NCBI GenBank assembly: GCA_034434995.1
Contig: DAOTYF010000043.1
Coordinates: forward strand, 18,306-82,305
DNA from: Anaerolineae bacterium
GTDB lineage: Bacteria; Chloroflexota; Anaerolineae; Aggregatilineales; UBA3940
Reading direction: 5' to 3'
Length of the DNA: 64,000 bases
Shown: positions 56,180-64,000 of the stretch, piece by piece
Position numbering within the stretch: the first letter of the stretch is position 1
Layout: every line of letters begins with the position of its first letter
Notes under the pieces: generated by a model
Told to the model about the DNA's origin: nothing
The model's input: the letters and a program-made list of their open reading frames with translations, nothing else
Database searches by the model: none
Made by a program: the position numbers and the translations under genes

Positions 56180-58437
56180 TCAGCGGGAGGGTGACACTCC
56201 CCTTAACTCAAAGGCATTATCCGCAACAGGCCGCCCGCTGACCATAAGGGGCAATCGCTGAGCCGTTACCGGATCGTAGAGCCCCACCCACACCCGGTAG
56301 TCTCTTGCCTCGGAGAGGGCATCTATATCGAGAGGATGTGTGTCCTCGATCACCTCGCCCGGCTCCCAGAGCCAGGTTGGGTAGAGGCCGCCGCGCGGTT
56401 GGCTGTCGGCCTGGGTTGCAATCCGGCCTGCCTCATCAATCACATGGACAAATATGGAGAAGTTCCCGCCAACTGACCCCGAGGCCTGCCAGTAAAGGGT
56501 GATCTGAGGTTCCGGACTTGCCTGGTAGGTGTAAGCCAGGAGAGATATTGTCTCTCCGAAGCGAATATCCGCGCTGGGGATTAGAGCGTCTTCGGGAAAA
56601 CAGGCCATCGAAGGGGTCTTCAGCCAACCCACAAAAGTAGGCGCACTCGCACCTGCAGCGTCGGTGGTAGGAAGTGCTTCCAGAGTGTTGGGATCATACA
56701 CAGTAACCACCATCTGGTAGAGTTGTGCAAGAGCAAGGTTGTCTGTGATGCCTACCCGTACCTGATCGCAGAAACAATCGCCTTCCCGCCATGCAGACGA
56801 TGGGTAGCGCCCCAGCCCATGATATGAGTCGCGTGCACCGATCATTGATCCATCTGGGGCGACGATGTGCAGCGCGAAGGCATAATCCTTGTCTGGAGTT
56901 GATAGGGTTTCCCAACATAGCGTAACGACCTTATCTTGCCCGGCCTGCAAATTGCGATCACCCACTTGGTAGCCCACCAGCCGCACGACTTGGCCGTAGT
57001 TCCAATCTAACCGCTCGGTCAGGGGAGGGAGCTGTGCCACGCGGGGGGGAAGATAGTTCGGCAGCAGAACAAGGGGGGGGGATCAGAAAAGCGTAGGTTG
57101 CCAGAAAGATCGCTGTGCCCTGACCTATGAGGCGACCATGGCGCGGCCAGGCATGGTACAATCCTCCACCCAGCAACACGCCAAAAGCAGTGATACTGGG
57201 GAAAAGATGCCGCCCCCAGGCGAAACTGAACGTCTGCTGGAGCCGCACATACATGCCGATGGTCAGAAGGCCAGAGGTGAGCACCAACAGTAGGAGCCGT
57301 CGGTTAAGGATGCCGTGACTTGAAGTGTCTTGCTTTGTCAGCAAGTAACGCATCAAGCCGAGGAGTGCTGTTGTTGAGATTAGGGCAACCCCGACATAGA
57401 ATACGCCGTCGGACGGATGTCACCGCTGTAGCCCAGGTCAGCCCAGAAAGAGAGAAGGCTTCTCGGCGCATCCGGTAACAGTGCCCAGATGGGACGCAGT
57501 TCGGGGTACATCCAGGGGTAGTGATCATAGGCGCTGCTGCGTAGAGGGTCGGCATACAACCACCAGTTCTGGGCATACCACCAGCCTCCCACGACCAGAG
57601 TAACACCAAATAGGGTAAGGGCTCGCGTTAACCATGCCCCTAGCGGGGTGCTGCTCTTGTCCGGCCACCAGGCCAGTACCAGACCTACCGCAGCCAGCAG
57701 AGGCGCAATTAATGCGCTACTTTTGCCGAGGATCGCCAACCCAACAAACAGGCCCGCCCACGCATACTCTCCAAGCCCAATAGGGCGGCGGCGCACGATC
57801 CGGGCCAGACGCCACAGCGCCAACCCCACAAATGCTGCTGCGCTGGTATCGTTTTCCGTAACGGCACTGGCCTGAATGACTGGGGATTGAAAGCCACCAT
57901 ACTGGCTGCCAGCAGCGGGAGCCATGTAACGTTGCCCATGATCTCTCGGGCTAAGAGGTAAGCTGCCAGTACAGCTAATGCCCCATACAAGGTTGCCACC
58001 AGCCTCGCCAGCCGCACCCCACGCCCCACCCCTTGAAACCACTCCTCCGAATCATCCAGATTGTGTAGGAAGAGATTTTTGTTATCCCGGTAATCGACAG
58101 GTTGCCCACCAAACCAACGGTTGAGCTTTATTCCCCCATCCCAGTCTGGAATGCCGGGCACGATTCGCAACAGCGCTGCTGCGGTTAAGTAGTACAGCGG
58201 GGCTTGGGAGGACTCATACTCGGCCAGTGTATAAGGGGCCTGGGTTGGATCGGGGAATCCTTCACCGCGTCGGAGCTGCTCGATGTAACCATAATGGAAT
58301 GGCTCATCGGATCCTTCCATGATCGGGAAGGAGAGGTTATAAAACAGGCACGCTGCCACATAGAGAATCAATAGCGTCAGCCAGCCTGTTTTTATCCAGC
58401 TCGCTTCTCTGGGTTGACAGGTTGCAGGGTCCGGCAA
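56180..58437 (-). pseudogene. frameshifted GT-C/PMT_2-like membrane glycosyltransferase (four ORF fragments)
   Basis: ORFs 57709-58437, 57380-58042, 56958-57356 and 56180-57040 read as one continuous protein if three frame changes are allowed, near 57882-57885, 57395-57420 and 57073-57081. The joins read ...MVAFNPQ/VIQASAVTEND..., ...GDIRP/SDGVFYVGVALI... and ...AFLIPP/LVLLPNYLPPRV... Confidence 0.6.
57073..57081 (-). repeat. G9 (C9 on the coding strand) homopolymer at a frameshift position
   Basis: Nine G residues counted. Removing one restores ATC CCC CCC CTT GTT CTG (I P P L V L), joining two of the fragments. Confidence 0.8.
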
Positions 58438-58477
58438 TAAGGACCGCCTTCAGCCACCTGATAAGTGCGTCGTCTGC

Positions 58478-59182
58478 CTACTCTGCAAAGCGATAGCCAA
58501 TGCCGCGCTCGGTGAGGATGATGCGTGGATCGTCTGGATCATCCTCAAGTTTGCTGCGCAGACGATGGATGTGCACCCTGAGGGCGTTGCGGTCCTTGAC
58601 CTTCGGGTCAAGTTTCCAGACTCGGTCGATCAGTGTGTCCGCGTCCACTACCTTGCCACGATGAGAGAGCAGGGCACCCAATAGAGCGTTTTCGGTGGGT
58701 GTCAACTTGCGCGTCTCACCGCGAACGGTGACCACCCGGTTGACCTGGTCGATGGCTAGCCAGTCGAAGATCTGAATTTCCGGGCCTTTTGCATAACTGA
58801 AGTCATTGATCCTGGAGAGGATCCGCCTAACCCGCATGACGATCTCTTCAGGTGCAATAGTGCGTCGGACGAAGTCATCGGAATGATGAAGGGCTTCGAT
58901 TGCCCTTTCCCAGGAGTCGTCATCGGAGGAGATGGTAATGATCGGCAGGCCAGCTGCGTCATACATCTCCTGACACAGCTTCAAACCCTCTGCGTCGGGT
59001 AGGCGGAGGTCCACGACCATAAGGTGCGGCACACCGTGGTCGCGGATATGCTGGCGCGCGCTGGAGGCGTCGCTGACGTGGAAGACAGTGAACTCCGCTG
59101 CCTCTAGCCGCTCGGTGAGACGCTGGATGTCCATGTCCTGGTTGTTAGAGACGACGAGTACACGCCTTGGATTAATAGCCAT
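58478..59182 (-). CDS. OmpR/PhoB-family response regulator (receiver plus winged-helix) with non-canonical receiver residues
   Basis: An AGGAGAA RBS sits 4 nt before the ATG. The receiver has VVDLRLPD. The C-terminal segments LTPTENALLGALL...RVHIHRLRSKLE...GIGYRF match Trans_reg_C. Confidence 0.85.
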   Translation of the reverse strand: MAINPRRVLVVSNNQDMDIQRLTERLEAAEFTVFHVSDASSARQHIRDHGVPHLMVVDLRLPDAEGLKLCQEMYDAAGLPIITISSDDDSWERAIEALHHSDDFVRRTIAPEEIVMRVRRILSRINDFSYAKGPEIQIFDWLAIDQVNRVVTVRGETRKLTPTENALLGALLSHRGKVVDADTLIDRVWKLDPKVKDRNALRVHIHRLRSKLEDDPDDPRIILTERGIGYRFAE

Positions 59183-59476
59183 AGTTTCTCCTAAATGGGG
59201 ACCTTAGGCACCACAGTGTGGTCATTTATAAGTCCAAAACGAGCTATTGACAAGAGCTGTTTCTTTGCACCTGATTCTATCGTGAACCTCATAGCCGATT
59301 CAACAGACATTACAAGCCCTGGTTTTCCCGTAGGTATGAACGACCGCCGCTGGCGGTCATTCAACTTTGTGGCGTGGTATGATTCTCTATGGCGTGCTAA
59401 ACTGCCGGGCAGCCAGTATATAACTGGATGGTCTTACAATTATATAACAAATTTGCTGATTTCAGGTTGATCCATC

Positions 59477-62446
59477 TTGGCTACTACTCGGCGAATCATC
59501 CAGCGACGGCGCATGCGGCGCGAACAACTGCGCAGCGGCATCCATCTCGCGTTCCGATGGGCTATTGGGATCGCATTGGGGCTGGTCGGCTTCAATCTGT
59601 TGACCCTTCTGTTAGGGGTAGGGTCAGTGGTCAGTGCCTACGCATACTATGCCGAGCAGCTCCCTGAGCCGGAAGCGATCACGGCGGTAGAGCAGGATTT
59701 TGAAAACGTTAAGCTGTACGACCGATCAGGGTCGATCCTGCTGTACGAAGTGATTGACCCGTTCGGCGGGGATCGCACCTGGGTTGAACTCCAAGACATC
59801 CCGGAAGCCCTACGCGAGGCAACGATAGCCATCGAAGATGCCACTTTCTATGAGAACCCAGGCTATAACCTCGAGGGTATTTTGCGTGCTTTGGTGAATA
59901 ACCTTACTGGCGGGGCAGTCCAGGGTGGCTCGTCGATCACACAGCAACTTGTTAAGAACGTGTTGATCGATCCCTCTGAAAGAACAAGCCTGAGTTTCGA
60001 CCGCAAAATCCGGGAATTGATCCTGGCTATCCAGATCAGCCGCCGCTACAGCAAAGATCAGATTCTTGAGTGGTATTTGAACTCAAATTACTACGGGAAT
60101 CTGGCCTATGGGGTGGAGGCTGCCAGCCAGGTGTACTTTGGCAAACCGGTTAGCGAGCTGACGCTGGCTGAAGCCGCCATGCTGGCTGCGATCCCCCAAT
60201 CCCCTGCCCTGAACCCTATTGATAACTACGATCTGGCAAGAGAGCGCCAGCGGCTGGTACTCGATCTGATGGTTGAGCAGGGGTACCTCTCATCAGAAGA
60301 GGCCGAGATTGCTTACCAGGCCGCCTTGGAGATCCGCCCCCCGGAAGAGCGCTTTGATCTCTTGGCGCCTCACTTTTCCATTGCGGCCCGCCGACAGTTG
60401 GAGGAGATTTTAGGGCCAGAATTGCTGCATCGGGGAGGGCTAACTGTTTACACGACACTCGACTACCCTCTTTACCTCCAGATCGAGTGCGTCGCCCGAA
60501 CGCACGTGGCTCGGCTCTCTGGGCAGCCTCCGACAACTGTGATCCCTGCCGCGGACGGTTCGCCTTGCGAGGCAGCGGAGTATTTGCCGCCGCTCTCCCC
60601 TGAAGATCAGAACGTTGATCACCATGTCAGCAATGCAGCGGTGGTTATCATGAACCCCGCGACCGGGGAAGTGCTGGCGATGATGGGAAGCCTGGATTAC
60701 CATGACACCCGCATTGACGGCAACTTTAATGTGGCACTGGCAGAACGCCAGCCTGGCTCGGCCATTAAACCATTTACGTACCTGACCGCCTTCCAGCAGG
60801 GCTATACCCCTGCTACAATGACGCTTGATGTCAGGACGGCATTCGACGTACAGAGCAACCAGCCATATGTCCCCGAAAACTTCGACCGCCAGTTTCATGG
60901 GCCACAGAGCATCCGCAGTGCCTTAGCGAACTCCTATAACATTCCTGCTGTACAGGTCCTCGAGTGGGTAGGTGTGGATAATGTTATCCGCACGGCGCAC
61001 GCGATGGGGATTAACACGCTGGATCGGGGGCTGGATCACTATGGGCTTTCGCTTACCCTAGGCGGGGGTGAGGTCACACTCTACGATATGACCTACGCCT
61101 ATGGAGTGCTTGCCAATTTGGGGGAGATGCGGGGTCGGCCCACGCCCGAAGAGTCGCGGCGGCCCGGCTTTCGGGCGCTTGACCCCACCCTCATTCTGCG
61201 CGTTGAGGATCGGAACGGTACTATTCTCTGGCAGTATGGGGAGGGAAACACCTTTGGCAGCCGATCTGTTGTCGAGCCGTCGCTAGCGTATCTGCTCAAC
61301 GACATTCTCTCTGATAATGTGGCACGGCGTCCAAGTGTTGGCACGAACACTGTTCTGCAATTAAGCCGCCAGGCAGCGGTCAAGACAGGCACCACCAACG
61401 ACTTCCGAGATAACTGGACCATCGGTTACACCCCACAGATCGTTGCTGGTGTCTGGGTTGGCAATACCGATAATACCCCGATGGTAGAGATGCCTGCCAT
61501 CACCGGCTCAGCGCCGATCTGGCACGCGGCTATGGAGTATGCCCACCGCAACCTGCCCACCCAGACCTGGTCAAGGCCCGATGACATTGTTGAAATGACG
61601 GTGTGCCAGACCAGCGGCCTGCTGCCTACTGCCTATTGCCCGACCCGACAGGAGATCTTCCGGCGGGGTACAGAGCCAACCACCTATGACACGATCTACC
61701 AGCCGTTCCTGATCAACCGCGAGACGGGCCTGCTAGCGACCATATACACGCCGCCGGAGTTGGTAGAGGAGCGGGTTTTCCAGATTCTGCCGCCTGAGGC
61801 CGCAGACTGGGTTCGGGAGGCGAATATTCCTCAGCCACCGCAAGAGTACGATACCATCCGTGCGCCAACCACCCTCGGCCCGGTAGCGATTGCCGAACCG
61901 ATGCCGTTTGCCTATGTGCGCGGCGCGGTGAGGATTCGCGGCAACGCGACCGATCCCAACTTCCAGCTTTATCGGCTATATTACGGGCCAGGGCTGAATC
62001 CGACCGAATGGACACAGATCGGGCCAGATCATTTCGAGTCGCGGTACAACAGCGAGCTGGGCATCTGGGATGCGCGCGCGCTGGACGGGTTGTACAGCCT
62101 GCGGCTGACGGTCGTCCGCGGTGACAATACCCTCCAGGAGGCGATTATTCAGGTTACGGTGGACAACACGCCACCCTCCATCCAGATGATCAGCCCGGAC
62201 GATGGGCAGGCGTTCTCCATGTCGGACGAGTTCGTGACCATCCAACCGCTGGTGGCAGACAATATCTCAATGGACCGAGTTGAGTTTTACCTGGATGATG
62301 AGCTGATCGCCATCAGTACGGTTGCACCGTTCAACGAGCGCTGGATCATTGATCAGCCGGGAACTCACTTTATCCAGCTTCGAGCATATGATACAGCCGG
62401 GAACACAACTGTCAGCCAGCGGGTGATGATCACGGTTACACCGTAA
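59477..62446 (+). CDS. class A penicillin-binding protein (GT51 transglycosylase plus transpeptidase) with C-terminal Ig-like extension
   Basis: EDATFYENPG, GGSSITQQLVKN and RKIRELILAIQISRRYSK are GT51 motifs. SAIKPF, SYN and KTGTTND are transpeptidase motifs. Start is TTG 59477 or ATG 59513. Confidence 0.9.
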   Translation: MATTRRIIQRRRMRREQLRSGIHLAFRWAIGIALGLVGFNLLTLLLGVGSVVSAYAYYAEQLPEPEAITAVEQDFENVKLYDRSGSILLYEVIDPFGGDRTWVELQDIPEALREATIAIEDATFYENPGYNLEGILRALVNNLTGGAVQGGSSITQQLVKNVLIDPSERTSLSFDRKIRELILAIQISRRYSKDQILEWYLNSNYYGNLAYGVEAASQVYFGKPVSELTLAEAAMLAAIPQSPALNPIDNYDLARERQRLVLDLMVEQGYLSSEEAEIAYQAALEIRPPEERFDLLAPHFSIAARRQLEEILGPELLHRGGLTVYTTLDYPLYLQIECVARTHVARLSGQPPTTVIPAADGSPCEAAEYLPPLSPEDQNVDHHVSNAAVVIMNPATGEVLAMMGSLDYHDTRIDGNFNVALAERQPGSAIKPFTYLTAFQQGYTPATMTLDVRTAFDVQSNQPYVPENFDRQFHGPQSIRSALANSYNIPAVQVLEWVGVDNVIRTAHAMGINTLDRGLDHYGLSLTLGGGEVTLYDMTYAYGVLANLGEMRGRPTPEESRRPGFRALDPTLILRVEDRNGTILWQYGEGNTFGSRSVVEPSLAYLLNDILSDNVARRPSVGTNTVLQLSRQAAVKTGTTNDFRDNWTIGYTPQIVAGVWVGNTDNTPMVEMPAITGSAPIWHAAMEYAHRNLPTQTWSRPDDIVEMTVCQTSGLLPTAYCPTRQEIFRRGTEPTTYDTIYQPFLINRETGLLATIYTPPELVEERVFQILPPEAADWVREANIPQPPQEYDTIRAPTTLGPVAIAEPMPFAYVRGAVRIRGNATDPNFQLYRLYYGPGLNPTEWTQIGPDHFESRYNSELGIWDARALDGLYSLRLTVVRGDNTLQEAIIQVTVDNTPPSIQMISPDDGQAFSMSDEFVTIQPLVADNISMDRVEFYLDDELIAISTVAPFNERWIIDQPGTHFIQLRAYDTAGNTTVSQRVMITVTP

Positions 62447-62467
62447 GGCTTCTCGTCCCCTTCTGTT

Positions 62468-64000
62468 CTATTGGCGTGATGGTGGCCCCCACCCACCACC
62501 GCCCGGTGTGTGAATGCATAGCACGTCCCCAGGTCGCGCATCAAAGGTCGCTTTGCCTGGCAACTCACATGGCGGCGAGCCATCACCCGGCCTCAGCAGA
62601 TTAAAGCCAAGTGCCCCCGGCTGTCCTCCCGCTAGGCCGTAGGGCGGGAACCTGCGCCTCTCGGAGAGGATAGTCACCCGCATGGGGGCTAGAAACTCAA
62701 TCTCGCGCTCTAGCCCATCACCACCTCGATGCATTCCCGCCCCTCCTGAGCCGCGACGCACGGCATAACGCTGTAGGCGGATCGGCAGCGCCAGCTCCAA
62801 TGCTTCAATGGGAGTGTTGAGGGTGTTGCTCATGTGACAGTGAATACCGTTTGCACCGCTGCCCTCCGCGCTGGCTCCCGCGCCGCCACCCATCGTCTCA
62901 TAGTATGCGAAGGGCGATCCTGAGCGCGGATCAATACCGCCGAAGGTGAGGTTGTTCATTGTGCCCTGGCTGGCTGCTGGGATGCGCTCCGGGAGGGCTT
63001 GGGCAAGCGCGCCATACAGTACATCCACAATACGCATGGAAGTTTCGACGTTGCCGCCGGCAACGGCGTGAGGAGGTCCTGGATCAAGTACGCTTTTCGG
63101 AGGGATAATCACACTCACTGGCTCGGTGACACCGGCATTGATCGGCAAGCTTTCGCCGACGAGACAATGTACCACATAGCTGACTGCTGAATGGACAATG
63201 GCGCTGACAGCGTTTACTGAGCCAGTCACAGCCGGGGCGGAGCCGGTGAAGTCAACTATCATCTCACCGCTGCTGAGTGTGATTGTGACCCGGATCGGGA
63301 TCGGGTCAGAGGTAATACCGTCGCTATCCAGTACGTCCTCGAAGCGGTATGTACCTTCCGGCAGTATGGCCAGCGCTGCGCGCGTCAGACGGGCGGTATA
63401 GGCAATCAAAGCAGCCGCTTGTTGGTTCACTTCCTCGATCCCATAGCGGGCGACGATCTCCAGGAGGCGGCGTGCGCCGATATCGTGGGATGCCTGCTGT
63501 GCCGCCAAGTCGCCTCGCCGCTCGGTCGGAGTCCGTGAGTTTCGGACGATCAGATCGAGCGCAGCCCGATTAACCTGTCCTGCTTCGACCAGTTTGATCG
63601 GCGGGATGATGATGCCCTCTTGATAAAGCTCAGTAGAGAGGGGCATTGAACCGGGCGACATGCCCCCCACGTCCGCGTGGTGCGCGCGCGAAGCGACGAA
63701 AAACGAGGGGGCTGTGTCCTGATCAGCTACAAAGATCGGTGAGACAAGCGTGATGTCTGGGAGATGTGTACCGCCGAGATAGGGATCGTTCAGGGCAACA
63801 ACATCACCAGGCGCGAATGGAGCGCCGTAAGCCAACGCTGTGGCCACCGAAGCGGGCATTGCGCCAAGGTGGACAGGGATGTGAGCAGCCTGGGCTAATA
63901 GTTTCCCATCACGCAGGAACAAGGCACAGGAGTAATCGCGTCGTTCCTTGATATTCGGCGAGTAGCCCGTACGACCCAGAGTCACCCCCATCTCTTCGGC
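62468..64000 (-). CDS. hydantoinase B/oxoprolinase family protein, N-terminus beyond window edge
   Basis: [25 protein letters not shown] is a HyuB signature that normally lies about 30-40 aa into the protein. The frame is open to the window end. Confidence 0.85.
   Translation of the reverse strand, partial: AEEMGVTLGRTGYSPNIKERRDYSCALFLRDGKLLAQAAHIPVHLGAMPASVATALAYGAPFAPGDVVALNDPYLGGTHLPDITLVSPIFVADQDTAPSFFVASRAHHADVGGMSPGSMPLSTELYQEGIIIPPIKLVEAGQVNRAALDLIVRNSRTPTERRGDLAAQQASHDIGARRLLEIVARYGIEEVNQQAAALIAYTARLTRAALAILPEGTYRFEDVLDSDGITSDPIPIRVTITLSSGEMIVDFTGSAPAVTGSVNAVSAIVHSAVSYVVHCLVGESLPINAGVTEPVSVIIPPKSVLDPGPPHAVAGGNVETSMRIVDVLYGALAQALPERIPAASQGTMNNLTFGGIDPRSGSPFAYYETMGGGAGASAEGSGANGIHCHMSNTLNTPIEALELALPIRLQRYAVRRGSGGAGMHRGGDGLEREIEFLAPMRVTILSERRRFPPYGLAGGQPGALGFNLLRPGDGSPPCELPGKATFDARPGDVLCIHTPGGGGWGPPSRQ

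Noticed and set aside
59195-59470. A 91-aa plus-strand ORF filling the response-regulator/PBP1A intergenic region.
   Set aside because: It has no RBS and no recognisable motif, and its composition is atypical for the coding sequence of this genome. The region is better explained as divergent promoter/leader DNA.
1-64000. A search for CRISPR arrays, tRNA/rRNA genes, IS elements/transposases, integrases, toxin-antitoxin pairs or a defence island.
   Set aside because: No spaced direct repeats, cloverleaf-like segments, terminal inverted repeats or transposase/integrase-like ORFs were found by reading the intergenic regions and the ORF track. The scan was by eye, so short or degenerate elements could have been missed.

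Overview
The window is about 97% coding, GC-rich (high 50s % by eye) bacterial DNA. I saw no rRNA, tRNA, CRISPR array or transposase. The organism cannot be identified from the sequence. The gene style (many GTG/TTG starts, 1-4 nt start/stop overlaps, a leaderless-type promoter, many GT-C membrane proteins) is reminiscent of Chloroflexota-like monoderms, but that is a guess.

Content is dominated by a very large cell-envelope glycan biosynthesis region in two + strand blocks, 1-25736 and 31682-56176:
- at least 13 GT1/GT4 glycosyltransferases and 5-6 GT2 enzymes
- 5 intact polytopic GT-C/PMT_2-like membrane proteins plus 1 frameshifted one
- 3 AsnB-type glutamine amidotransferases, each directly after a GT4 gene
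- 3 SDR epimerase/dehydratases and a WecC-type UDP-ManNAc dehydrogenase
- a deacetylase and a methyltransferase
- a heparinase II/III-like protein with a bi-domain oxidoreductase
- both a WbaP-type and a WecA/MraY-type initiating phosphoglycosyltransferase

Interspersed genes are a DExH helicase of the MrfA/YprA (DUF1998) type carrying an HNH insert, an M20 peptidase, a ChlI-like AAA+ gene followed by a VWA gene, a class B and a class A penicillin-binding protein, an OmpR-type response regulator with a non-canonical receiver, and a partial hydantoinase-B gene at the right edge.

The observation I rank highest is an A9 tract at 28193-28201, at the 3' end of the ChlI-like ORF. The -1 frame is open from that tract straight into the VWA ORF. 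A -1 ribosomal frameshift, or a one-A transcriptional slippage, would therefore make a full ChlD-type protein (AAA+ module, acidic linker, VWA) from the same gene that makes the ChlI-type protein.

Other points of interest are the HNH-bearing helicase, a triply frameshifted GT-C paralog (one lesion in a G9/C9 run), the repeated GT4->AsnB modules, and the apparent absence of any Wzx/Wzy/ABC exporter. All functional calls rest on motifs read by eye and are family-level only.
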